Shown: positions 22,801 to 33,297, counted from the first letter of the stretch. The stretch: 64,000 nucleotides of DNA from Caecitellus pseudoparvulus (GCA_965644315.1 CBFFRQ010000056.1:1-64000), one strand, 5' to 3'. The notes: generated by a model not told the origin, from the letters alone. Translations and numbers: made by a program.

Positions 22801-25284
22801 GGCTGCCATTTAGTGAGAGTGGAGTGCTACCGGGAACCCCGACAAGGAGGCCAACTGTGCCGTGGAAATTGCCCTGGTGAGACACGGCGACAGATGAGGC
22901 GAAAGCTGACCCAGCGGAAAGAAATGGCGCAAGCTTGGGGGTTGATGCGGAAAGCTTCACTTTGGACAGGATGCTCCCATCAGAGTTGAGCTTCGTGACA
23001 AACAAGGCACCCGCATTGGTGGCTCCGAGGTCGACTCCAGGGGCACCAATCACAGCATCTGGCACTGCATCATCTGCCCCCAGCCCGATACCAGCAGCGC
23101 TGCTGCAGAAGGCATCCCCATCTGACAGATCGGATCCCGACAACCCACCAAACCCATTCGTGATGAGGATTGACGCAGCCAGCTTTCCATCGAACGCAAT
23201 ACGCAGAACGATACACCCGCCAACGCTGGCTCCACCCTCATTCAAGTTGGGTGCCCCTGCGATAACGTCAACGGCACCGTTGCCGTCGATATCACCAAGG
23301 GGGGCCAAGCCTCCACCTCCCAGCTGAGCCCCTGCTGTCAAGTTGAAAGGTAGCTTGCCCCCAGCACCTCCTGCGAGCACAGAAAAGGACCGAACAAGAC
23401 TTCCAACGCCAGGCTCCGGCAGCGTGGCCTCGAGAGAGAGCAGGAACAAAGCGCCGTGGGCACCAAACCCTGGAGCACCCACAAGCACGCCAACTCCACC
23501 TGCAACCAAGCCAATGCTGCACACTGCCGCCCCAAGCTGGGCATTTGTCTCGCCCAGAAAGGTCGGAAGACCTCCCGCTCCGAATGCGAGCTTGCGTGGG
23601 TGCGCTCCTGTCAGCGAGGCTGTCGAGCCCTCGGCCATGAACACAACCCACACTGCGCCGTTTGCAGCCCCAGCGGCATCCACATCCCCAGGAGCACCAA
23701 CAAGCAGGTCCTCTGCGGAGTCTCCATTCAACGACAACACATGGTGGAGGGAAGCACCAAACGCAGCGTCGGAAGTGGTGTTGTCTGGGCCGACGATGTC
23801 TGGGACGAGCGCCGTGACGTTGGAGCTGAACGCAAATCCCTCTGAAAGCAAATCACTGTGGGTATTACCCGCGAGAGCTCCCTCACAAGAGAACGGCATG
23901 TCAATCACCATGAGCCGTCCAGCAAGGCTGTTGTGCCTCCAGCCCCCGCCCAGCAGCACACAGGAGCCAGAGCCACCAAGGCCCCCGGCTGGGACAAGTG
24001 ACTCTCCAAAGAGGTTACTCCCAGGAGTGTCAATGCCTGGAATTGTGCTGTTCAGAATGCTCGCGCTGTTTACGCTCCCGCCAGACCCAAAATAAAGCAG
24101 CACTGCCACGCCCATGTCGGTAGCTGCTGGCAGATCGACAAAGGGAGCGCCAACTATGAGGTCAGGAACGCCGTTCCCATCCACATCCCCCATGAACCCC
24201 ATGCCTGTGCCAAACTGTCCACCTGAGAGGGGGAGGCCTGCTATGCCAGGAGTCGCACCATCGAGAATCAGCACGGTGCCTTCGGGATTCACGGGAATGC
24301 TGGAATGATCGCGAAGGGGAATGATGAACACCGTCCCTGTGGACGACTGCCCAGGGGCACCAACTGCTACGTACAAGATCCCATCTCCTGCAAAATCCCC
24401 CATGCCTGCAACAGAGGTTCCGAACCTGGCGTTGGTTTGCAACGTGACGGGCAGGTGTGTTCCCAGGATCCTTGTGGCCCGATATGGCTTCTCAGCCACT
24501 GTCATCTGCACAACCACAGCAACGCCCTCATCTGTATTAGCGCCATCTTTCTTAGGGGCGCCTGTTATAAAGTCCTGCGTGCCATCACCCGATAGGTCTC
24601 CGATAGCGCTGACGGACGCCCCGAGTTCATCACCAGCCCCAATACCGACACTGAAACTTGGCGTGCCTTGCGTCAGCAGAACGGCCCTCGAGCATGCGTT
24701 GGGGGGGGGCTGCATGTAAACTAAATACACAGACCCTGTGGCGACTGTAGACGGAGGGTTCTTGCCTCCGCGTGCGCCAACAAGGAGGTCTGGGTAACCG
24801 TCGCCGTTGAAGTCTCCGATGCCTGCCACGCTCCAGCCGAACTTGTACCCCGCTTGGAGCGAGAGGCCGGGGCAGGAGTTGTGCTTCAAAGTGGTCGCCT
24901 CAGACATGAGCCCGCTTGAGTTTACAGACATGAGGAAGACAGCCCCGCCAACGGCTGGCGTGGCTGCCTCGCCGGCTGCCCCGACCGCCACGAGCCAGTC
25001 TCCTGTGAATGTGTCCTTGCCGTACACGGAGCTGGAGACCCCGAAGAAACTGTCTGCAGCTAACGTAATTCCTGGGTGGCCGCTCTCTATGTTGTACTGG
25101 GAATAATTGCCTGGCGTGGGAAAAAGGGAAAGCAATTGCAAGGTCGCAGCGGCAGCGGCAGCGGCGGCGGCAAATGTATGCAGGCTGAAGGAAAGCGGAG
25201 CGCACCTTGAGCCTTGACTGACAACAGAAAGGCAAGCACCGCTGCTATGCAAAGCAGGGTTCGGACAGTTTGAACTCCAGTCAT
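4874..25284 (-). CDS. Giant (~6771 aa) FG-GAP repeat adhesion-type receptor with C-terminal multi-pass TRP/PKD2-like membrane domain; join(25284..25206,25110..4874)
   Basis: The ORF track start is a TTG. A real signal peptide, MTGVQTVRTLLCIAAVLAFLLSVKAQG, lies in another frame and joins in frame through a 95-nt GTGCGC...CCAG intron (25205..25111). It is followed by ~72 repeats of type FGxSVAxxGDxxGDGxxDxxVGAP, two S/T/P tracts, Ig/BACON-like segments, CxxCPxGT repeats, 'CAPGHRGILCGECMEGW' and ~9 hydrophobic helices with 'FWEL..RK', 'QPY' and 'NIVE' motifs. Confidence 0.9.
9900..25110 (-). repeat. Protein-level tandem array of ~72 FG-GAP repeats in 12 modules of ~420 aa
   Basis: Manual parsing of the translation gives 6 FG...GAP units per module, separated by Pro/Cys-containing linkers. 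The DNA-level copies are highly diverged. Boundaries approximate. Confidence 0.8.
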
Positions 25285-26577
25285 CTGTGCAACGAACGGG
25301 TGGAATACGAAGGTGCAGGGTGGAGGTTTCTGCCTGATGCTGAAGTGCTTGAACGAGGCTGCTGAGGCGTGAGAGGGCACGTGCTGCACGCAAGGGTTCC
25401 TCCAGCAATCTAACTCAAGAAAATTCACAAGGGCTGACAGTCATGGCGCCAGCAAGAGCGGGACATGTACACGAAGCAGGATGGAGCTGACAGTGAAAGG
25501 GACGGGCAGCAGCCCCTCAACGTAAGTCGAACGGTGCACCCGGGGCGCTGCACTGCGGCCTCGAAGGCACTCAGAAGGCAAGCACAACAAATGCCGCCTG
25601 CTTGCCCTGCTCCAAACAGCTCGGCACGTCAAGCTCGTGCCGTGGAGCCAGGGAAGGCAGGCACAGCATCGGTACGGAAACGTGCTCGAGATTGGGCCGC
25701 ACTGCACAACTGCACAGCTGCTAAGCACATGAACAGTACATCGACAGCTTTTCTCACCCTGCCCAAAATGTATACCCGTGGTCTGTAGCCGGAGCTCGCA
25801 CCCGCTCCCGTGCAAAGGCGCACGGCCTGCGTCGGGGTGGTGGAATGCCTGCACCGACCCGCGCGGCCTTGTCGACTGGCTTGTCAGAGAGCGTGGAGCT
25901 TCAAAGGGAAAGCGAAGGACCCAGCCAATTGATAGAAAGAAGCACATACTTGACTTTTTGTTGGGCATTTTATGCCTTCGCTTGCTGTGCTGTCGGCTTG
26001 CCGCTGAGGCGAGCAGCGGGGCACACCTCCGCCGCCGAAGTTGGCTGTCAAACCAACCCTCGCTTTCTTGTGCAGGAAGCCCGTTCCAGACACGCAGAAC
26101 GAGCTGCAGCAAGATGCAACTAACACTGCACTTCACCACTCAGCCCCATAATACGGTCCTACGCCCCTTGCACCCTGCTTCCTGCATCGTTGCAACGATG
26201 CGAACGTATGACATGGAGAGTACAGTGTTTCGCCCGCGTTTCACCACACCACGAAGGCGGACGGGCAATCTCTCCCTTACGAAGAGCGTGGCGATCAAGA
26301 GCACAGCTTCCGTACCCAGCAGGCTTCATAAGTATCCATCGCCATCGTTTGCATGTGATGACTGTCGATAATGCTCCAGAAGGTGCTTGTAAGGTGCGCT
26401 TTGGAGCTGGAAGTGCTCGGCGCATCGCGGCCTGGCTCACTGGACGCCTGACAGTCTGCGCACCAGATCACTTTTCACACACCCCGGTCTCAGCCCCCGC
26501 CCCCGGCTTTCTCGCCGCCCTCAGCAGGTCTGGGCGACACTGCTTGCCCTTCAGCACCCACGCACTTCCCCTTCGAC

Positions 26578-27894
26578 ATGATGGCCTCTGCACTGCTCGC
26601 TCGCCAGGATGACCACCAGGTCAAGGCTTTCGCCAAGGGCCCGCCCGTGAACGCCAAGGTGCCTGCCTGGGTGAAGAGTGCGTGGGCAGTGTCACCCCAC
26701 CAGCTCCCATGCGCTTGTGAGCTGTGCATGTCAACGCCTCATCGCCCCCTGTGCAGTGGTCGCTGGCATGGCGGGTGGTGTGGCTGAGGCGTGTGCGCTG
26801 CAGCCTCTGGACACTGCCAAGGTATGCTGTGAAAGTGCTCTGTGTAGGTTTGCAACCCCGCTGCATGAGGCTTGTCTGCGCTCGCGCCACAGACTCGCCT
26901 TCAGCTGGACTCCACTGGCAAGTACCGCGGGCTTCTGCACTGCACACGCACCATTGCGGCGGAGGAGGGTGTTCTCGCGCTGTACAAGGGCCTGAGCCCG
27001 TTTGTGATGCACTTGACGACCAAGTACGCCATGCGGTTTGGTGTGTTCGGGTACATCAAGAACGCGATGGGCGGCTCTTCAGGGACGGAGAGGCAGCAGG
27101 CAGCGCGGAACTTCACTGTGAGTGGTGCTGACGCGCCGAGGCTCTGCCACACGCCGCAGGCCACCCATGCACTGCTGTGAACGCCCTCCATGATGCAGGC
27201 TGGTCTGATCGCGGGTGTGACTGAGGCCATCCTCATCGTGACGCCTTTCGAGGTGCGTGCGCTGTGTCCAGCGGGCTAGGGCAGTGCGGAAATTGCGTGA
27301 CAGCCGCTGCGCGCCCCATCGCAGGTCATCAAGACCCGCCTGCAGAAGCAGAAGGGTCTGGTTGCTTCCGAGCTGAAGTACAAGGGCCCCATCCACACTG
27401 TGCGACTGTTGATCAAGGAGGAGGGCCTCGGGGCGCTGTGGAATGGCGTCGTGCCCACTGCGATTCGCCAGGGAAGCAACCAGGCGTTCAACTTCATGAT
27501 GTTCATTCTGCTGCAGAAGCACGTCTTTGGCAAGAACGACGGCGACGGCCAGGCGCAGTCCCTGTGGGTGCCTTTCTTGAACGGCCTCATCGCCTCGTGC
27601 TTCGGGCCCCTGGCCAACTGCCCCATGGATGTGGTCAAGACGCGGCTGATGGCGCAGAGCAGCGCCCCGGGCGAGGTGGCCAAGTACAACGGCTGGCTGC
27701 ACGCCATGAAGGTGATTTACAAGGAGGAGGGGCTGGCAGCGTTGTGGAAGGGCATCGGGCCGCGTCTGGCACGCTTGGCGCCCGGTCAGGCCATCACCTG
27801 GACCGTGGTCACGCAGGTGCAGACATGGTACGAGCAGAAGTATGTGGCTCCCCCTGCTGCCGAGTGGAAGGCAGAGGAAGGGTCGGGGCGGTAG
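26578..27894 (+). CDS. SFC1: Mitochondrial succinate/fumarate carrier (SLC25 family), 5 exons
   Basis: Exons 26578-26677, 26757-26821, 26893-27117, 27199-27252, 27325-27894. Three carrier signatures: PLDTAKTRLQ, PFEVIKTRLQ, PMDVVKTRLM. 'KYKGPIH' and 'HLTTKYAMRFG' resemble plant SFC1. Confidence 0.88.
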
Positions 27895-27961
27895 AGTGGG
27901 CCTAGGGCGGGCGGGTGTGCTTGCGACGTGGCACTTCTCCTCCCTCGTGCTGGGTGGCGCG

Positions 27962-29272
27962 TCACTTGGCAGGGCTGGGCAGTGGCAGGCCTGCCGCGGA
28001 CAATGCAGCACGCAGACGCTTCACCTCAGCCACCAGCAGCTTGCGCTGCTTTTTCCACGCGGCAGAGGCTTCCCCTGTCTCTGCAGGGCCGGCAGCGCCT
28101 TCCGTTTGCACGGCCGCCGCCACGCAGAGGGGCTGCGTGGCTGCTTGCACCAGGGCAGGTGGGATGCTGGGCTTGTCGGTGCTGCCGTCAGCTTGCAGCA
28201 GCGCCAGCTGCCCCACCGCCGCATCACGCTCCGCCGTCAAGGCGCTGTTGGCTTCGTCCAGGAACACGATGACCTGCTTGTCCGTCAGCGCCTGGTGTGT
28301 GGCTGCGTCCACCTTCCCCTGCAGCTCCTTGTTCACTTGCTCCTTCTGCGCCACCTGCCCCGCCAAGAAGTCCTTCACCTGCTCCGCCGTGGTCAGCTTC
28401 TGCTGCAGGTCCGACACCTGGGACGCTAGGGCTGCGCACTTTGCGTCGAGCGCCTTGACAGACGACAGCAGGCGGCCTGCTTGTTCGAAGGTGACTCCCT
28501 TGGGGTTGGACTTCACCACGCCTGCAGGCGTGTCCGACACTTCCACCATGCGCCGCTGGAAGAAATTGAAGCGCATGCTGCTGGACCGGGCGGGGGCGGC
28601 ACGTTGTGCTGGCGCGCCGCGCCGAGCTTCCTCGCCTTCAGAGCCACTCCCACGGGCTTGCCAGGCCTCAGCTGCGGCCATGGCGCCCTGTGTGCGTGGC
28701 GAGGCGGCGCGGAAGGCACTGGTGCGGGACACTGACTTGGGCGTGGACTGCCACCCCTCAGACCGGGCATCACTGGCCCTGGACGCAGTGCTGCGCGCTG
28801 ATGGACTGGGAGCGCCTCGGCTGTGCCTGGCAACACAGCGTGCACAGCGCTGCGCGCTGCCAGCTCCTTCCGGCGCTCGGCTGCGGGTCGGCTGCAGCAG
28901 GCTCAGCAGTCGGTTGCGGTGGGCAACGCTGATGCTCGCCCACGCTGCCTGGTCAGCAGGAGTGAGGAAGGAGGCGATGTTCAGCAGAGTGCGCGACGAG
29001 AGGCGGAAAAAGACCACCAGGCCAAATGCCACAGCCCGCTCGTGGAGGCGGGAGATGACGGCGGCTTGCTCCAGACACCGGCTGCGGAGCAGCTTGGCCG
29101 TTGAGGCCAGCTGCTGCTGTGCATAGACGATGGAAGACAGACGGCGCACTTCGGCTTCGAAGTTCCCCTTGATCCGGGCAATGGCATCGGCCTGACTTGC
29201 GTGCGCAGCTGTCACGCTGCCGAGCCGCTGAGCCAGTGGGCCGCTGTGCTCGCTGCCTTCGCTGTCTGACAT
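27962..29272 (-). CDS. Coiled-coil protein with possible F-box-like motif
   Basis: 436-aa ORF. 'RLSSRTLLNIASFLTPADQAAWASIS' is weakly F-box-like; heptad-rich C-terminal half. Confidence 0.6.
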   Translation of the reverse strand: MSDSEGSEHSGPLAQRLGSVTAAHASQADAIARIKGNFEAEVRRLSSIVYAQQQLASTAKLLRSRCLEQAAVISRLHERAVAFGLVVFFRLSSRTLLNIASFLTPADQAAWASISVAHRNRLLSLLQPTRSRAPEGAGSAQRCARCVARHSRGAPSPSARSTASRASDARSEGWQSTPKSVSRTSAFRAASPRTQGAMAAAEAWQARGSGSEGEEARRGAPAQRAAPARSSSMRFNFFQRRMVEVSDTPAGVVKSNPKGVTFEQAGRLLSSVKALDAKCAALASQVSDLQQKLTTAEQVKDFLAGQVAQKEQVNKELQGKVDAATHQALTDKQVIVFLDEANSALTAERDAAVGQLALLQADGSTDKPSIPPALVQAATQPLCVAAAVQTEGAAGPAETGEASAAWKKQRKLLVAEVKRLRAALSAAGLPLPSPAK

Positions 29273-29886
29273 GCCAACGTCTCACTAGGGACCCGTGGCA
29301 CGTGATTCTTAGCGTATAATAGGCGGTGATGTGGCGTGGTGCGGTCGGCGCTGCCTCCTTTGCACCAGGACTTGGGGGGAGTGTCGGCTCTGGCGTGCTT
29401 CCTCGAATTCCGCAGCTCCAAGGTGCAGAATGCACACCCGCCTGTGTAGCTCAGGGGAGGGAACAGCGCATCGCCTTCAGACAGGCTAAGCATGGTAGGC
29501 ATGCTTGCACTTCAACAGGATTTGTTCGCGGGCTTGCAAGGTTTGTAGCCCATAGCACTGCGATTGTACGTCTCACGCTGATCCTGTCGTCAGCCCGAGC
29601 ACGACCACGCCGAGCAAAGTAGCACGCATGGACAGCTAAGGGAATCAAAGTGCAGTGAAGCTTTAGCCCAAAACAGGGAATCTCAGAGGGTCCGGTGACC
29701 AGCGCGTCGCAGCTGCCACTGGAATGGACCATCAAGCGAAAGGAATGCCAGCAACGTCCACACTGCATCTGCGGCTGCGCGACAAAAAGACGGCTTTGGG
29801 ACACTGCCACATGGGAGCTGGTGCTTCGCGTGGTGCAGTGCTGAAGTCCATCTGAGACCCTGTCCCCAGGGAAGCAGCGCTGCGCC

Positions 29887-30758
29887 ATGGCAGCTGCCGC
29901 TGCCTTCTCCGCTGCCACCTCCACCGCCAAGGCTGCTGCAGCGTCGAAGTTTGGGAGGTTGACGGACAAAGCGACGAAAAAGCCGATAAACTGGGTGGAC
30001 TACAACTGGCCAACACGTCACTGCGGTTGCAATCTGCTGCACTTGCCTCCGTGGTCCGAACTTAGGGAACGTGTGCCTGGCGTGGTGGTTGCCTCCGCGT
30101 GTGCCCGCTTCACCTCGACCACTGTCCCCGCGCCACAGGAATTCAGCGAGACGACGTACCTGACCGTGTGGACTCTGTATGTCACGTTTTGTGGTGTGCT
30201 GGCAGTGACGTGTGTGAACCTTCTGAGCTCCATTGTGCTGGCGGGTGAGTGTGTCTGGCCTGGCCGAGCTTCACCTCGTCAAGCTATCACGGTGCCCACA
30301 CCCCGCAAGCACAGCGACGGTGCCCGGTGCATACCCAGCAGCCAACGTGCTGTATTCCGTGTTGAACATCGTCATCGGTGGGGTTGTCAGCACCACGGCG
30401 TGGTTCAAAGGTCCGTGCGCGCGCCGCCCGCTCTCCGAAACACCTGCCTCCCCAACTCCAGCTGCCCGCTCCCTTGCCCACAGCTCTCTCGGGGCTGGCA
30501 GAGCACAGCAACCAAGGGAAGTGGATCGCCAAGGCTGCCATTGCCTTCATGATCGTGGCAGGTCTGGTGCAGGCGTTCGCAGGCTTTGCCAACGTGAACG
30601 GCTTCGCCAACTTGGCCAGTCAGCGACTGGAGGACGCGAGGCAAGAGGACTCTGGAGCAGCTGGGTACTGGACGGCCATGAGCATCATTGAGCCGTTGCT
30701 GTGGCTGGCCACGGTGGGGGGCTTTGGCTTCGGCGGGTACCGCCTGGCCGTCGCTTGA
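29887..30758 (+). CDS. SCAMP-like four-TM membrane protein (2-3 introns)
   Basis: 'NWP...LLH' motif followed by 4 hydrophobic helices once the GTGAGT..CAG and GTCCGT..CAG introns are removed. The first possible intron is in frame and uncertain. Confidence 0.65.
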
Positions 30759-32242
30759 TGGCTGGCACACGCACGATGCAGTGCACACGCGCCAGGGTGC
30801 ATGCCAAGTCTGTCACTGCCGTCCACCTGGCTGCCACCTCCTGCACGCAGCTCGTGTCGCATTCTGGGCCCCCGCTACCACCACCATCACCTGCTGCCGC
30901 GGCGGCGGGTGGGCTGCCCCTGCTCGGCCATGCGCTCCGGGCACATGCCTCAGAGCCAGCGACAATGCAAGCCTCCAGCACAGTGGCGGGTGGGCGTGCC
31001 AACAGTGTCAACTCTGCGCGTCCTGGACACGTGCCACCAATAAGCGCAGTTCGCCCCACTGCCTCAAGCCGCGACAGCAAGCCCCTCGTGCCTGGCCAGT
31101 GCTCAGGTCCTGGGCTCCACAGGCGCAGCTGGGGGGCCATGTGCTCCGCATCCTTGCAGGTGAAATGCGCCATGAGGGGGGCATCTGCGGCCGTGCGAGA
31201 AGTGTTCCATTCGGAGATGGCTGTGATTGGGGTAGGGTCTGCCCAAGAGTCCTCCGTCACCCTTGGCAGGGCAGCCCACTCCACAACCCGCTCATCATCG
31301 CACACGCACAGGGTAAGCCCTGCCCCCACACACCCTGCCCGAAACACTTCAGCCACCTCTCCGATGCTGATGACATGCGTCGCGCCAGCTGCAGCCAAGC
31401 GAGCAGGCAATGCAGTCTGACAAAGGCTGTGACCAGGCTCACCAGGGGGCTCAAGGGCCAGGCTTGGGATGTCCAGCACTGCAAGGCCCAGGGCTTTCTT
31501 CAGGGGCGGCGCCCGCAGTCCACGAGCAAAGCCCTCGCGGCGGATGGGCACTGCCAGCTCCCCAGGACGTGCCGCCTCACACCGCCACGAGCCGAAGCCC
31601 TGCAGCACACATCCGTCCACCAGGCTCTTGCCAGAGCAGCCATGCACAGACAACGCGTCGCCCATGCCTTGCGCCAGCTGCATGCTTGCCTGCACATTGC
31701 CCATGCGCTGCGCTGTGGAGAGCATGGCTGCCAGGGGCGCAGCGGGGCCTTGTTGCCTGGCGCCCCACTCCCCCATGAGCGCCGCAGTCCTGGCGCCAGC
31801 GAGGGCCAGCTCCCGACTGCACCAGGCATGGTAGTCGACATGCGATCCCTGCTGCTTCCAAAGCTTGTGCATGTGCTGGAGGAACGCGTGCAGGCTCACC
31901 AGCAGGCGCTTGGAGCCGTCGCCTGTGCCGGTGGCGTGAGAAAGCGGTGTTGAAAACAGGGCATGCGGCCCATGCCTCCATGCCCTCACCAAACATGTCC
32001 ATGTGGCGGTTGACGGCCTTCAGCGCAACAGAGTGCAGTGGATGGGACGCTGCCGCCAGGAGCATATCTAGTCCTGTATCAGCAAGCTGCCACGATGCCT
32101 CTCGCTCGCTGCGCACTAGGACTGGACCAGGACGTGCTAGGAAGGCCTCTGCCAGTCGAGCTGGTGGTTCGAAGCATTCTTGAAGGATGAGTGGGGTGCA
32201 CAGCACCGGGCAGTCAGCGTCTCTGCTTTTGGAAGGCCTCAT
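30685..32242 (-). CDS. BBS10: BBS10-like group II chaperonin paralog (start uncertain)
   Basis: Removing the 67-nt intron 31989..31923 creates 'HPLHSVALKAVNRHMDMFGDGSKRLLVSL', matching the BBS10 pattern HPIAR..H.KKTGDGAKTF. Colinear similarity also at 'GKSLVDGCVLQG', 'GATHVISIGEV' and C-terminal 'ARWTAVTDLACTLARVHCIV'. Confidence 0.65.
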
Positions 32243-32546
32243 GCGGCAGGCGAGTATCAGCGGTAATTGACTCTGCCCAGCATCCGACTGGCACGCGTCC
32301 AAGCGAGACAAGGGCGAAACCAGAGGACTTCATCGTGAAAGGCTGGGTTTTATTCGAATTGCTCAGTGCTCTTCACGCAGCCCCGTCTCCATGTGCTTCT
32401 ACGTTCCCAAGGCAACCCGCTGAAGTCCACAGCGCTCGGCGTGTCAGGCAGTGCAGCGCGCCCGCGTGCGCACATTCACACACCATCCAACTCACCTGCG
32501 CAAGCCCTCCCACCTTACCGCCCCATTCATCAGCAGCTAATACACC

Positions 32547-33278
32547 ATGGCATCGGAAAGCCCGGCCAAGAAAGCGCGCGTGGACGGCGGGGAGGCGGCA
32601 CCGGTCGGTAAGCCAGTGCTGTGGTCATACTGGCGCAGCACTACCAGCTGGCGTGTGCGCCTGGGCCTGGAACTGAAAGGCATCGAGTACGACTACAGGT
32701 CGGTGCACTTGGTCAAGGACGGTGGTGAGCAGTGGGGCGAGGAGTACAGCAAGAAGAACCCGATGCACCAGATCCCGACGCTGGAAATCGACGGCGCGAC
32801 GCTGGCCCAGAGCATGGCCATCCTGGAGTACTTGGAGGAGACGCGAGGGGGACAGGGCAAGCCCTTGCTGCCAAAGGATCCCGTGGCCCGCGCGCAGGCT
32901 CGCAACCTGGCCAACATCATCGCCTGCGACACGCACCCAGTGCAGAACCTGCGCGTGATTCTGAAGGTGGGCGGCATGACGCCGGGCGATGCGGCTGCGC
33001 AAGGCGCCGCCAAGAAGGCGTGGGGCAACTGGGTCATAACCCACGCCTTCAAGGCGTACGAGGCCGAGCTGGCCAACACTGCCGGCACCTACAGCGTGGG
33101 GGACGCCGTCACCCTCGCCGACCTCTGCCTGGTGCCGCAAGTGTACAATGCCGTGAACAAGTTCGGCGTGGACATGGCGGAGTACCCCCGCATTTCCAAG
33201 GTCGTCGCTGCATTGGAGGGCCTGCCTGAGTTCAAGGCGGCGCACCCGGACGCCCAGCCAGACGCAGTGGCACCCTGA
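32547..33278 (+). CDS. GSTZ1: Glutathione S-transferase zeta / maleylacetoacetate isomerase
   Basis: LWSYWRSTTSWRVR, NPMHQIPTL, QSMAILEYLEE, HPVQNLRV, LADLCLVPQVYNA, AHPDAQPD; single exon. Confidence 0.93.
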   Translation: MASESPAKKARVDGGEAAPVGKPVLWSYWRSTTSWRVRLGLELKGIEYDYRSVHLVKDGGEQWGEEYSKKNPMHQIPTLEIDGATLAQSMAILEYLEETRGGQGKPLLPKDPVARAQARNLANIIACDTHPVQNLRVILKVGGMTPGDAAAQGAAKKAWGNWVITHAFKAYEAELANTAGTYSVGDAVTLADLCLVPQVYNAVNKFGVDMAEYPRISKVVAALEGLPEFKAAHPDAQPDAVAP

Positions 33279-33297
33279 CGCGTCAATGCACACCCCG

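Noticed and set aside
25285-25408. ORF-track N-terminus (MLEEP...) of the 6844-aa ORF
   Set aside because: Starts at TTG and reads through an intron; the spliced ATG at 25284 gives a proper signal peptide.
25441-26371. ORFs of 100-230 aa in the giant-gene/SFC1 intergenic region
   Set aside because: No domain motifs or coding-like composition; treated as promoter or UTR.
26230-26460. U3 snoRNA (box B-like GAGCGTG, box C GTGATGA, CTGA)
   Set aside because: No box A/A' and no convincing C' box or terminal stem.
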